A stretch of 64,000 bases of DNA. Origin: an uncultured virus (IMG/VR IMGVR_UViG_3300018494_004239). Taxonomy: Duplodnaviria; Heunggongvirae; Uroviricota; Caudoviricetes. The stretch is taken from the IMG/VR virus record IMGVR_UViG_3300018494_004239. One strand, written 5' to 3'. The notes under the pieces were generated by a model. It searched no databases and was not told the origin of the DNA. It saw only the letters and a program-made list of their open reading frames with translations. Below are positions 8,197-18,948 of this stretch, piece after piece (the first letter of the stretch is position 1; each line of letters begins with the position of its first letter). The position numbers were made by a program, and so were the translations under genes.

Positions 8197-10653
8197 TTAT
8201 GAAAAGTTATCGCTCGACATAATAAATTCTCTTCTTGCTGGCACATCATTGCCCATAAGAATAGAAGTGATATTATTTGCTTCGATAGCATCTTCAATTT
8301 CAACTTTTTTGAGTTTTCTTGTTTCTGGATTCATCGTGGTTTCCCACAATTGTTTTGCATCCATTTCGCCTACGCTTTTATCCGATATTACTATCGGTGC
8401 TGACTATTTCTTGTCTCTGGCTGGTAACTAACTGCCTTCATAGACTCTACCTTTTCCAACTGTGTATCAATAACAGTTGTACTCTCCAACAACGGAGATA
8501 GTCGATACATGATTAAAGATTAAAAATCTTATTTCACACGAGACCATCCTCATTCACAACTATATGTTGTAGTAGGAATATCCCTCGTTAGCCACACATT
8601 GTGTGACCCCTCTGATAGAGGAAAAGTAGATAAGGGCCAGACTACTCGTACCCTTTGTACCGTTGTATATCAAAATTCTTATGTGTTTTTCTGTATTCTT
8701 CTAATTCTTTGTCGGAATACATATAAACTTCAGACTTTGATGTTTTTGCTCGATATAGCGGAGGCATCGCATTATAAACTTTACCAGCATAAATAAGTTC
8801 TGGCATAAATCTATAAAAAAATGTTAATAAAAGTGTTCTGATGTGCCCGCCGTCAATATCCGCGTCAGCCATGATTATGATTTTATCATAATTGAGTTTT
8901 GAAATATCAAAATCATTACCAAGACCAGTTGAAAAACCACAACCGAAAGCATTTATCATTGCCTTAATTTCGGCATTGTCTAAAATTTTTCCAATCGATT
9001 GTCTTTCAACATTAAGAATTTTACCTCGAATTGGGAGGATTGCTTGATATTTTCTGTTTCTTGCGGTTTTTGCTGAACCGCCTGCAGATTTCGTTACAAC
9101 CACAATTTCTTATGGAACTGACTATTTCTTCACTCCGACTTGTCAGGTCATCATCGTGTCCAACATTTCCCAGTGTGTATCAATAACACCAGTACTCTCC
9201 AACAACGGAGATAGTCGATACAGAGTTGTATTTTACAACTTCCACGAGATTAACTTCGCCTAACCTTGTTTTGACATTCAAGGATAACGGTCAGTCTTCC
9301 TCGTTAGCAAATACATTGTATTTACCCCTGTGATAGCAGGAAAGAAGGATAAGGGCAAATCTTTCTCTCACCCTCAACGATAAAGATTTCGCATTTTGAG
9401 GCATCATTGGATTCTTGTCTCGAAAGTTTTCCGTTGCCTTCAAATGAGAATTTCTTATCGGCAATATTTGTTTTGATTTTTTCTTCTTCTCGGCGTAATT
9501 TTGCCGATTTTTCAGCACTTGCAATAATTGTCTTCAATACATCAACATTTCTATCGAAGAAAACCTGCAGTTCTGTGTTTAATATGGATTGAATTATGTT
9601 TTTAGCATCCGTATTGTCTAACTTTGTTTTTGTTTGACCTTCGAAACGAGGTGCTGGGTGTTTGATAGAAAGAACACAAACCATACCATTTCTTGTGTCA
9701 TTGCCTGTGAAGTTCGGGTCTTTTTCCTTGAGAGAACCAATATCTCTCGCATATTGATTGAGAATACGGGCAAATCCTGCTTTGAAACCATCAATATGTG
9801 TTCCGCCTTCAACAGTGTTGATGTTGTTACAAAAACCAATTAGATTGTCTCCAAATTCATTAACATATTGAAAGGCACACTCAAAAATAATTCCATCTTT
9901 TTCACCGTTGATAAATGCAACGGGTGTGCTCTTTTCTTTATCTTTTGTTAACGATAAGACAAAACCTTTTAATCCATCTTCTTCGTGAAATACCTTTTCT
10001 GGTAAATCATCTCTATCATTTCTAAAAACGATTGTTAAGTTTGGATTTAGGAATGCTGTTTCGTGCAATCTTTGTTCAATAGATGATGCCTTGAATTTTG
10101 TAGTATCAAAAATTGTTTCATCTGGGTAAAAAGTAACTGTTGTTCCAGTTTCCTTCGTTTTTCCTTTTGTGGGGAGTGGTTCGTTTTTCTTTAATGGAAA
10201 AGCGGGTTTGCCAAAAGCATATTCGTCATAATGCACAAAACCATCTTTTTTGATAGTTACTATCATCTTTGAAGATAGTGCATTAACAACAGAAGAACCA
10301 ACACCGTGCAAACCACCAGATGTTTTGTAGTTTGAATTATCAAACTTACCGCCAGCATGGAGTGTGGTAAAGATAATTCTTTCTGCTGGATAACCTTTCG
10401 CATGAATATCTACTGGAATACCACGACCATTGTCCTCAATTGTTGCTGAACCGTCTTTGTTCAGGCTCACAATGATTTTGTCGCAATAACCAGAAAGGTG
10501 TTCATCAACGGAGTTATCCACAATTTCAAATATTAGATGGTTTAATCCTTTTACTGATGTAGAACCGATATACATACCTGGTCTTTTTCGTACAGGGTCT
10601 AAACCTTCCAATACGGTAATGCTATCTGCATTATATTGCTTCAAAATAATCAC
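8197..10653 (-). CDS. gyrB: Type IIA topoisomerase B subunit (GyrB/ParE-like), three exons: 10653-9370, 9091-8650, 8372-8197; 633 aa spliced
   Basis: [66 protein letters not shown]...LWETTMNP; exons sum to 1902 nt in frame. Confidence 0.92.
8373..8649 (-). ncRNA. Group I intron 2 of gyrB (277 nt, no ORF)
   Basis: 5' exon ends AAAGGGU and pairs with GCCCUU; intron ends in G; P7 elements AUCGACUA / AAGAAAUAGUC; removal restores YKGLGEM. Confidence 0.9.
9092..9369 (-). ncRNA. Group I intron 1 of gyrB (278 nt, no ORF)
   Basis: 5' exon ends GAGGGU and pairs with GCCCUU; IGS AGAUUU pairs with 3' exon AAAUCU; ends in G; same core as intron 2. Confidence 0.9.
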
Positions 10654-10746
10654 CGTCCTTTATTCTAAATTATAACATAAATTTTTCGTTTTGTCAAAAA
10701 TACAAAAAAGAAAAGTCCGAGAAAATCTCGGACTTAACTTATGTTT

Positions 10747-11019
10747 TTAGTCTTTGTAGACAACCCAGATACCTACGGTATCGCAATCGTCGGCATGTAC
10801 AGAAGTGACTTCATCGACATCGAAATAGTCAGTCAACTTTTCAAGCAGGACATTTTCGATTTCATCTTCGACTGCTTCTTCATTGTATTCATACCAGATA
10901 CCATCAAGGTCAGGATGAACGGTTACATCGGTTCCGAAGATTTCGATAAGTGCCTCTTCATACTGTTCTTTTTCCAAAAAGATTGCCTTTTTCAGTTGGG
11001 TTTCTTTAACATTCTTCAC
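10747..11019 (-). CDS. Small acidic hypothetical protein
   Basis: 90-aa ORF with GGAGG RBS, overlapping the upstream gene. Confidence 0.65.
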   Translation of the reverse strand: MKNVKETQLKKAIFLEKEQYEEALIEIFGTDVTVHPDLDGIWYEYNEEAVEDEIENVLLEKLTDYFDVDEVTSVHADDCDTVGIWVVYKD

Positions 11020-11602
11020 AGCAGACTACCTCCTTAACGTGTTTAACGATTGCATTGTAATCGTTACTTCTGAAAGCATCTCCGACCTTCAAATCTCTAT
11101 TATGGAACATAGAGAAAAGAATCTTGGTGTCGGCAACAGAAGCATCCAGATTCCCCATGTGGTCATCAATGATGATGTCGGTTTCAGCATTGACCTTTAC
11201 CTTACCAACAGAAATGTTGTAGGTAGGACAAATGCCGAGTTTTGCGGAAATGGTTTCCAACTGCTTACGGCGAACATCGCCAACTGCCTGATTGAAGCAG
11301 TGAGTGTTGAAGATGAATTCACCACCATGACTGGTAATGCAGTCATAGAGTTCCTTAACGAACTTCAAACTACCTTTCTTGAAAGTGTACTGCTCAACAA
11401 TTTCTGCATCTCCCATGCAGTCAAGAGCGAAACGACGAACTTCTTCGGGAAGTTCCATCATATTCCAACTTCTTACTACTCGCTGGATACGGAAATCTTC
11501 GGGCATATCGAACTTTGCGATAATTCGTGCATTGATAGGCGGGTAACATTCCATCAATACGCCATCTACATCGAGGGCAAGGGACTTTCTTTCTTTACAC
11601 AT
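11006..11602 (-). CDS. HAD-family 5'(3')-deoxyribonucleotidase-like protein
   Basis: Motif I 'ALDVDGVL', motif 'IIIDDH..NL', 'HN'; start placed after GGAGG RBS. Confidence 0.7.
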   Translation of the reverse strand: MCKERKSLALDVDGVLMECYPPINARIIAKFDMPEDFRIQRVVRSWNMMELPEEVRRFALDCMGDAEIVEQYTFKKGSLKFVKELYDCITSHGGEFIFNTHCFNQAVGDVRRKQLETISAKLGICPTYNISVGKVKVNAETDIIIDDHMGNLDASVADTKILFSMFHNRDLKVGDAFRSNDYNAIVKHVKEVVCCEEC

Positions 11603-11722
11603 AATTACATTCCTCCTTTTAGAATTTTTGTTTAAATGAAAGTCTGTGAAGATTTTAAAATAATCTTTGTTTTTTCTCAAGAAAAGAAACGGTTTCCTTG
11701 CGGAAACCATTTCTTATTACTT

Positions 11723-12121
11723 TTAGTCAGTATCGAACAAGATTGCATTTTCTCCAAGAGATTCAGCGAAAATGGAAACAAACGAGGTCAAACCATCGTC
11801 GCCATATCCGATATCCTTTGTGAGAATGACGAAGCCTTTTTCGATGCACTCCAGTTCCTTGTTGTACTGTTCTTCGAGATATTCATCGTCTTCGAGAATT
11901 TCTTCAAGAGTCTTACAACGAGAAGACTTGAAATTTTCAACATAATACTTGTCGAGTTCTTCCTTTGTCTTATACGAATGACCCTTGCGAGTTTCATTGT
12001 AATCTTCCGAATCCACAAATGCCTTCATAAAAGCATTTAGAGTTTCAGAACCGTCGTCCTTTACAGCAACGATAAAAGATGAACTCGAACTGTTGGTAAC
12101 AAAACCTTTTCTAAATTTCAT
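11723..12121 (-). CDS. Hypothetical protein with N-terminal GFVTNSSSSSF motif
   Basis: MKFRKGFVTNSSSSSF. Confidence 0.8.
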   Translation of the reverse strand: MKFRKGFVTNSSSSSFIVAVKDDGSETLNAFMKAFVDSEDYNETRKGHSYKTKEELDKYYVENFKSSRCKTLEEILEDDEYLEEQYNKELECIEKGFVILTKDIGYGDDGLTSFVSIFAESLGENAILFDTD

Positions 12122-12139
12122 ATCTTTTCTCCTTTCAGA

Positions 12140-12844
12140 TTAACCCATGTGATTGCAGGCAAAAGTTGACAAACCAGACAACCTCTGCACAACATAATCG
12201 GGAATATAACCGCACTCACTTGCAACACAGAACTGTCCAAAGACTTCAAACACAACATCGATATCACCGTTTGCATCTTTAACCTTATCGATTAGGTCAG
12301 GACACTTCTTATTAAAGTCGCAATACTTGGTGTACCTACAAGTGTTGCAATTTCTGCTGTTGTCGTCATAGCAAGGCATATACCAGCAAAGGATGCTCAT
12401 AAGACTTTCTTCCTCATCAGAATCTCTATCTTCTGGTTTTGAGAAATCGAGAATTCTAAAAGGACCATATTCACCTTCAAACTTCTTTAAGAAGTCTTGA
12501 TAGGTGGGGCAAGTCTCCATCCAAGTAAGGTTATAACCCAAATAATCGAGAAGACCAATTCCGAATTCTGCTTCAAAAGCATCGGTTTCGGTCAACCAAT
12601 CATAACCTTTCTCTTTCGTGAGAGTAATGTGAACAACCTTATTGTTGTCGTCCTTATCTCTTACGATAGTATATTTGGGATTATCTTTGCAAGCATTTAC
12701 TGCATTGTCAATTACATTTTTGAATTCAACATACAGTTGTTTTACGGTTTGATAAACATCTTCGACCGAATTGAAATTGTCCTTCTTTTTGATAATGAAA
12801 GAAGAACTCGAACTGTTTGTTACAAAACCATATCTAATTTTCAC
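12140..12844 (-). CDS. Hypothetical protein with N-terminal GFVTNSSSSSF motif, Cys-rich C-terminus
   Basis: MKIRYGFVTNSSSSSF; CxxCxxxxxC cluster. Confidence 0.8.
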   Translation of the reverse strand: MKIRYGFVTNSSSSSFIIKKKDNFNSVEDVYQTVKQLYVEFKNVIDNAVNACKDNPKYTIVRDKDDNNKVVHITLTKEKGYDWLTETDAFEAEFGIGLLDYLGYNLTWMETCPTYQDFLKKFEGEYGPFRILDFSKPEDRDSDEEESLMSILCWYMPCYDDNSRNCNTCRYTKYCDFNKKCPDLIDKVKDANGDIDVVFEVFGQFCVASECGYIPDYVVQRLSGLSTFACNHMG

Positions 12845-12846
12845 AG

Positions 12847-13269
12847 TTATTCCTCCTGTCCAAAATAATATTTTTTCAGATTTTCCTGTCCAACTTCAAT
12901 AATCGCTTGTTCTGCGATTTCTTTTGAGGAGAACACAATATCGCCGACTGGTTCATACACACAAGCAACCACTTCGATTGCATCGATGTTTCGCTTATAT
13001 CGCAGATAAAACTTTTCTGTGTTCTTTTTCCAAGAAATTTCACCATTATTCACATCTGCGAAGCACTTTAACTTTGCAATTACAATCGACTTATTGAATG
13101 CAAAAATTGCATCAGCACCAGTCTTGAAACAATTACCTGTTCGCCATCTAATCATATCGACAGGCGCATCTTCCCAGTTTTGCTTCTGAATTTTACCATC
13201 GGAGACGAAGTAGTATTCGTCTCCTTTGGTGGGACAATTTTTATAAAAACAATCTCTTCCAACAATCAT
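12847..13269 (-). CDS. Hypothetical protein
   Basis: 140-aa ORF in the operon, with RBS. Confidence 0.7.
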   Translation of the reverse strand: MIVGRDCFYKNCPTKGDEYYFVSDGKIQKQNWEDAPVDMIRWRTGNCFKTGADAIFAFNKSIVIAKLKCFADVNNGEISWKKNTEKFYLRYKRNIDAIEVVACVYEPVGDIVFSSKEIAEQAIIEVGQENLKKYYFGQEE

Positions 13270-13280
13270 AATATCACCTC

Positions 13281-14630
13281 TTAATTCAATTCTTTTGTCT
13301 GACGATTACACAAAACGGTCTGTCTGCGAATCGGGCAACCACCGTAACAAGATGTTCTGTTCGGGCAATTAGGACAAGAGTTCAAAAAGTGACTTCTAAA
13401 ATCATTGAAACTGTCGCTATTCCAAGCATCTTCGATGAGCCCGTTGGAAATATCAACTGCCCACTTCATGTCCTGATTGTCAAAAGAGCAAGGAAGTGCT
13501 TTCATATCGGAAGTGATATACATAGAGAAGCGACCGCCCTCACAACTGTCAATGCTTTCGCCTGCGATGTTCTTTGTGCAGTTGATAATGCCAGGAACTG
13601 TGCAACTATCAAAACCAATCTGGAAAGGGAACTTTCCAGTATCGATAAGGTTGAAAAATTCCTTTACTCTGACATCATTGATGTCAAGGACATTATCTTC
13701 CTTGCCAAGACCAACAGGTTTGTGGAGCAGGAAAATAACTGCATTGATTCCAGTCGGAAAACCATTGTACTTCAATCTTGCGATTGCCTCATCAATGGTG
13801 TTGTTGCCAATTACATAGTGAATGTTGGTAGTTACACCAGCATCAATAAGCATATTAACTGCATTGATAGTGTAATTGGGGATGTCGTTCTTTGCGATAG
13901 AGTTCTTTTCGTTGAAAATTCGGAAATATTCGTACTCCTGCTCTTCATCGGAGAATACAATGTGATGAAGTTCATCCCACTCGTATGTCTCACCGTTGAT
14001 GATGTAGTTGGGAGCATCCCAATAACATTCCTTATTTTCATTGTTGAAGGTAAACAGAACAGGAATATCGTCAACAGAACGATAAACTCTCTTGCTACCA
14101 TCAGTCAACTTTCTGCGAGCAATATCGGGAACGATATTATCGAGACGAGAATACATACTTACGGCAACTGCACCACAGTAAGTCTTGCAAGTCTGTGCGA
14201 TTTCTTTGGTCATACCAAGACCAGATGTGGTGAAGTTGGGAACGATGTGATTTTCCGCACAATAACGAAGAATTTCTTCAAAGTTCTCGTGCTGGTCAAC
14301 ATCTCCACGACCACCAAGTGCAAACTGGAAGCACTTATCCTTGCACTCGTCAACAATTTTCTTAAAGTTATCGAGAGACATATTGGGTTCGTAAGTCTTA
14401 AGACCGTTCTGGTAACACTGAACACCAGACTTTGCACAAAGACCAGATGCACCATGTACACAGTGTCCCATTACACCGATGTCAATTAGTGCAGGGAAGT
14501 CTCTCATAAAGGGGTCTACTCCAGTATCCTTGCCATTTGCATCAAGGACACCTGTACGGAAGTAAAATCCATTTACGGTATTAAACATTTCTCCAAAGCG
14601 ATTTTTCTTATCAAAATACTTCTTAATCAT
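13281..14630 (-). CDS. Radical SAM/SPASM domain protein
   Basis: Expanded Cys motif CVHGASGLCAKSGVQC, 'ALGGRGD', SPASM 'CEGGRFSMYI..PCSF' and 'CPNCPNRTSCYGGCP'. Confidence 0.85.
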   Translation of the reverse strand: MIKKYFDKKNRFGEMFNTVNGFYFRTGVLDANGKDTGVDPFMRDFPALIDIGVMGHCVHGASGLCAKSGVQCYQNGLKTYEPNMSLDNFKKIVDECKDKCFQFALGGRGDVDQHENFEEILRYCAENHIVPNFTTSGLGMTKEIAQTCKTYCGAVAVSMYSRLDNIVPDIARRKLTDGSKRVYRSVDDIPVLFTFNNENKECYWDAPNYIINGETYEWDELHHIVFSDEEQEYEYFRIFNEKNSIAKNDIPNYTINAVNMLIDAGVTTNIHYVIGNNTIDEAIARLKYNGFPTGINAVIFLLHKPVGLGKEDNVLDINDVRVKEFFNLIDTGKFPFQIGFDSCTVPGIINCTKNIAGESIDSCEGGRFSMYITSDMKALPCSFDNQDMKWAVDISNGLIEDAWNSDSFNDFRSHFLNSCPNCPNRTSCYGGCPIRRQTVLCNRQTKELN

Positions 14631-14738
14631 AGTATTTCCTCCTTTATTTGTTACTATTATTATACCATAAATCACTTTCAATGTCAACTGTTTTTTGAGA
14701 AAAAGTAAAGGGATTCGAACAAGTCGAATCCCTCTGCT

Positions 14739-16877
14739 TTAGTTGATTTTGTACTTCTTAAATACAGCAGAAAGGGCACTATTTGCTTTTACAATTCTGT
14801 AATAATTATTACGGCCATGCAGTGCTGTATTTCCGAAAGCATAAAACTGAATCAGTTTGGCAGATGCGAGTGTATCGTCAACGAACTCTCCATCGAGGTC
14901 AATCAAATACTTGATGCAATCTCTTCTTTTGTCGTAGACAACGAGAGAAATTCGATTGACAACATTGTGGTAATAGAGTGCCTGTGAATTCATAAGAGCA
15001 TTTTTGTGCTTAATGAATTCATCAATGTTTTCAACGGTTTTGATACACCATCTTTCGTCTTCGTAATGCACATTTGCCTTTTTAGCATTTTCTGCATACT
15101 CTTCAATTTCTTGTTCAGAAAGATTTCTTTCACGAAGGGTTCTGCTTAAAACATCGGAAGTCATTTTTAAGGACTTCGGGAAGCAAACGGCATCTTTTGT
15201 GAGGTCCAACTTCAAGTTCTTTGCGGTATTGAGGTATCCACACCACAAAGGAATGCTTTCAACAGGAGAGAGTGCTTCTTCGCCATTGAGATATGCAATA
15301 TAGTTATATGCCTTATCAAAGCGAATGTCGGGGATTCGACGATAGATTTCTGCAATGGAGTTCTTTCCAGCAACATCAGACAGAGCACAATAATCTCCGT
15401 AAAGGATAGTGATATCCTTTTTGAAAATCTGCATAAAACCAACAAAGTAGTCAACCATTACATAATGAAGTGCAAAGTCTTCAATCTGCTCTGGTGTAAA
15501 CATATTTGCGGTAAACTTACCGTTGTTTTTCTGCAAATAAACGGGGAGTTTTGCCGAACTCGGTCTCGCCATATCGAAAATGAGAGAATGGAGGTTGCAA
15601 GCAACCAATTCTTTAACGAGTTCTGTCTTCATACATCCGAAGAAGTACTGAAGAGAGAAATTGTCATTCATCTTCGCATAATCTACAAACCCAATGTTCT
15701 TGGTAAAGTTATCATTTTCGAGGATTTGCTCGATATCGGAATTAGCAACAGATTCAACAAAAACCGTATTCTCAACTTCAAACGGAGTGAGAGGTTCATA
15801 GTTTTCGTTAAATACTGCTACTTTACCATCGGCAAAGCAACAAACATAATAAATTTGCTCAATTTTTGCAGACAATTCTGTCTTCGCATCGAACGAAGGG
15901 ATGAACGCCTGATTAACAAGGGAAGAGATAATGCTGAAATTTGTGTATCTCAATACCGTGCAATCATTTTCAAACTGCACATCGATATACACATTCATGC
16001 CTCCATTGGTAACTACCTCATAGCGGTTTGTTCCAACATAAACTGAACCGATAGCACAATCGCAGGACAAATCTACACGGGGAGACGTGTAACTTGCAGG
16101 AAAAGTTGCAGTAGCAAATTTACCGCATTTGCCACACCATGCATTGTAAACAGCGGCATTGCCGATGTTTTGTTTTTCAACATGGTGTATGATTTTGGAG
16201 ATGTTTTTATAGTTGGTTTTCAAAAGAAAATCTTCGGTAAGAGGAGGTTTGTTGAAAACGGGACAAGTATATGCAACAGAGTTTTTTGCTGCATTTTTTG
16301 CTATGTCCTTAAATACATTTTCAAGAATCGTGTCTTCATCAAGAATGGCAAGAGTTTTGATGAAATCATCGCTACAGACATTTGCTTCATAATTATGATG
16401 CTCGTAAACATCCATATCTTTGAAATAGCGATTATAATCCATTTCTGCACTTGCATGCTTTTTGAGAGTCTTACCGTCAGACAACTTGTAAATCTCGTAA
16501 TCAACCTTGTCGGTATAAATACGATACATTTCTTCTGCAAAGAAATCTTCACCATTTTCGTTTACATGGTATTCAAAACCAATAAAACGGAAAATAATTA
16601 CTCCATCTCTCTTGTCGATAATCAGTGTTCCCTTATAAGACTCCGAAGAGTACATATAGGCATTCTTGGTTTCTGCGGCATTGCAAATAGGGCAACTGTA
16701 TCGTGCTTTTTCGAATTCACTATATGCTCCTGTCCAACCACAAGAAGCACAGTGTGCTTTTCCACTATACGAAGAAGTATAAACACCCTGAAAGTGGAAG
16801 TGCTTTCTGTACCAATTCAACATTTCATCATAGATGGGATGAGAACTGTCAAATGGTGCAATTTTAGGTTTTTTCAT
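14739..16877 (-). CDS. PcfJ-like domain protein with zinc ribbons
   Basis: CASC/CPIC and CGKC; C-terminal 'W.GYL..AK.LKLDL....FPKSLK..SD'. Confidence 0.6.
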   Translation of the reverse strand: MKKPKIAPFDSSHPIYDEMLNWYRKHFHFQGVYTSSYSGKAHCASCGWTGAYSEFEKARYSCPICNAAETKNAYMYSSESYKGTLIIDKRDGVIIFRFIGFEYHVNENGEDFFAEEMYRIYTDKVDYEIYKLSDGKTLKKHASAEMDYNRYFKDMDVYEHHNYEANVCSDDFIKTLAILDEDTILENVFKDIAKNAAKNSVAYTCPVFNKPPLTEDFLLKTNYKNISKIIHHVEKQNIGNAAVYNAWCGKCGKFATATFPASYTSPRVDLSCDCAIGSVYVGTNRYEVVTNGGMNVYIDVQFENDCTVLRYTNFSIISSLVNQAFIPSFDAKTELSAKIEQIYYVCCFADGKVAVFNENYEPLTPFEVENTVFVESVANSDIEQILENDNFTKNIGFVDYAKMNDNFSLQYFFGCMKTELVKELVACNLHSLIFDMARPSSAKLPVYLQKNNGKFTANMFTPEQIEDFALHYVMVDYFVGFMQIFKKDITILYGDYCALSDVAGKNSIAEIYRRIPDIRFDKAYNYIAYLNGEEALSPVESIPLWCGYLNTAKNLKLDLTKDAVCFPKSLKMTSDVLSRTLRERNLSEQEIEEYAENAKKANVHYEDERWCIKTVENIDEFIKHKNALMNSQALYYHNVVNRISLVVYDKRRDCIKYLIDLDGEFVDDTLASAKLIQFYAFGNTALHGRNNYYRIVKANSALSAVFKKYKIN

Positions 16878-16993
16878 TTTGTATTCCTCCTTTATAAAAA
16901 CTGTAAATAAACCTATAAAAATTATATCATATGGGGTATTTTTTTCAAGAAAAGACGAAACCCCCGCTTGTGGCGGAGGTTTCTTTTTTGGGG

Positions 16994-17593
16994 TTACTTG
17001 ATTACATTTGCAAAGAACCAAAACTCGTATTCAGGGAAGTAATTATCAACTTCTGTTTTTCTGAATGCAGGTTCAGTAGGTTGGGTTTCCTTCGTGGCAA
17101 CATTGGAGAAAGTAGTAACTACATCTCCACCAGAAAGGATGACCATTGCCTTTCTAACCATAACTTCTTCGCCCAAAAGGACATAAGACAGAGCCTTTTC
17201 GTCTGCCTGACCCTTGAATTCAAAAGTGTGGTCAGCGGCAGGTTCGAGAACCTTACCATCGAGGTCCGTTACAATGTAATGCTGACGATACACGGCATCA
17301 TACTGATGCACATCTCGCTTAACATGGATAATGCGGTAATGTACACGACCCATGTTGATAAAGTGAGCGACATTGTCATCACCATATCCGAGTTCTTTAA
17401 TCAGGCGCATGGCCTTGCTGTCGTTGTACTTAAGATATCTGTCAAATTCCATCTGACAGGTACCCATAGTACAAGTAGCGATTGTACCAGAAAACGGATT
17501 TTTGCCATACATTTTTATCGCTTCACGCTTTGCTTTGTCAAAAGCAATTTTTGCGGAAGGTGCAATGACCTTCACTAAAATAGGTTCTTTCAT
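16994..17593 (-). CDS. Hypothetical protein
   Basis: 199-aa ORF with GGAGG RBS and downstream terminator. Confidence 0.75.
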   Translation of the reverse strand: MKEPILVKVIAPSAKIAFDKAKREAIKMYGKNPFSGTIATCTMGTCQMEFDRYLKYNDSKAMRLIKELGYGDDNVAHFINMGRVHYRIIHVKRDVHQYDAVYRQHYIVTDLDGKVLEPAADHTFEFKGQADEKALSYVLLGEEVMVRKAMVILSGGDVVTTFSNVATKETQPTEPAFRKTEVDNYFPEYEFWFFANVIK

Positions 17594-17712
17594 ACTATAT
17601 ATTCCTCCTTTATATTGTATGTATAAAAAATACCGTATAAATATTTTATATTTTTAAATGTTTTTTATCAAGAAAAAAGAATTGCCGTTTTGCAACGGCA
17701 ACTCTTTGTATA

Positions 17713-18333
17713 TTAGTGCATCATATGATTCGCAACAGAAACATAGTAGGGATAATAGAACAATGTGTTTTGTTCAATAGAACTTTCTACATCTCTGCAA
17801 TATTTCTTCTTTTCTTGTACCAAGTTCATCTTGCTTGGAACTGGGTCGTAAGTGAAAGTGTCCTTGATGTTTTGAATAAAAGCAAGTGCTTGCTGTCGGT
17901 TCCATTTTTCAACATCTGCAACGGAAACCGCTAACGAGAAGAAAATGTCTGCACAAATTTCATATAGATGGAATGTGCTTGCAGAAAGAGGACAAACATT
18001 TGCATTTAATACATTAGCAATGCTTGTGCAATCGCACTCTCGTCTATCACACAACATCATTGTGTCAAACGGAGAACGATTTCTGCTTACACTTTCCATT
18101 ACTTCATTTGGAATGACCAAAAAGACATCTCTGTCCGTATGAGAATTTCCCATAGAAATATACGGGGAACAAATCAAATATAAATCCTCTGTCTTTTCGT
18201 CTGTGTTTGCGAGCAACTTATCCAATCTCTTATTGAATTCATGCTCTGAAAAACTACCAAGATTGTGATTGTCCTTCAAAAAACAATATATCTTGTGTGG
18301 GTCGCACTGACCAAATAATTCTTTTACTACCAT
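17713..18333 (-). CDS. Hypothetical protein
   Basis: 206-aa ORF, co-oriented in the ung operon. Confidence 0.7.
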   Translation of the reverse strand: MVVKELFGQCDPHKIYCFLKDNHNLGSFSEHEFNKRLDKLLANTDEKTEDLYLICSPYISMGNSHTDRDVFLVIPNEVMESVSRNRSPFDTMMLCDRRECDCTSIANVLNANVCPLSASTFHLYEICADIFFSLAVSVADVEKWNRQQALAFIQNIKDTFTYDPVPSKMNLVQEKKKYCRDVESSIEQNTLFYYPYYVSVANHMMH

Positions 18334-18336
18334 ACT

Positions 18337-18948
18337 TTAATAACGCTCCTTACCGCTGCACCATTTTCCAAGTGCATTATATAATAATTTTGTTTTTGTT
18401 TCTTCCGACACTTCCTGAAAATCTGATTCTTTGACAGTGCGAAATTTATCTGAATCTGGATAATATGCTATAATTCCAATCCCTTGCGGAACCAATGGTT
18501 CTATTTTCTTCACAAGGTCTTTTGGAACAACATAGTAATTTTTATTTCCGTGAAAATTGTGACCGTTTGGTGATTTGAAATCTTGTAGTGTTATCTTACA
18601 TTCATAACAAGTGATTAGCATTCCGATATCATAAGACCTTGAATGCCAAAAACAACCCGTACAATGTTCATTAGGGTAAGTGCATCCAGCAACTTTACAT
18701 TCTCCTAATTTTTGATGTGGGTGCATTTGCTGCCAAGTTTGTTGATAACTTTTATCGAACTTTTGATAATCGATTACAGAACAAAATGAATAGTCTCTTG
18801 ATTTGTAATCTTCAAATCGGATTGCATCCACAATTCCACTTGGTGTCCAAACCTCTGTTGCGTGCCGTATAATTCGCATTTTAGTTGTTAATGCGGGTTT
18901 GTGCCATACAACACCGTGTTTCATTTTCTTTGTTAAATCTGTTTCCAT
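18337..18948 (-). CDS. PD-(D/E)XK / MmcB-like nuclease
   Basis: 'EV..PSGIVDA', 'CYECKITLQDFKS...NFHGNKNYYVVP'. Confidence 0.55.
   Translation of the reverse strand: METDLTKKMKHGVVWHKPALTTKMRIIRHATEVWTPSGIVDAIRFEDYKSRDYSFCSVIDYQKFDKSYQQTWQQMHPHQKLGECKVAGCTYPNEHCTGCFWHSRSYDIGMLITCYECKITLQDFKSPNGHNFHGNKNYYVVPKDLVKKIEPLVPQGIGIIAYYPDSDKFRTVKESDFQEVSEETKTKLLYNALGKWCSGKERY

Noticed and set aside
8373..9369. gyrB as a frameshifted pseudogene or intein-containing gene
   Set aside because: Inserts contain stops, are paralogous and have group I features; precise removal restores conserved motifs
13870..14150. Intein in the radical SAM insert
   Set aside because: No Hint blocks or terminal His-Asn
13389..14489. 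366-aa plus-strand ORF and similar long antisense ORFs (e.g. 11039, 15465, 16170, 38887)
   Set aside because: Shadow frames of well-supported genes on the opposite strand, with no motifs or RBS
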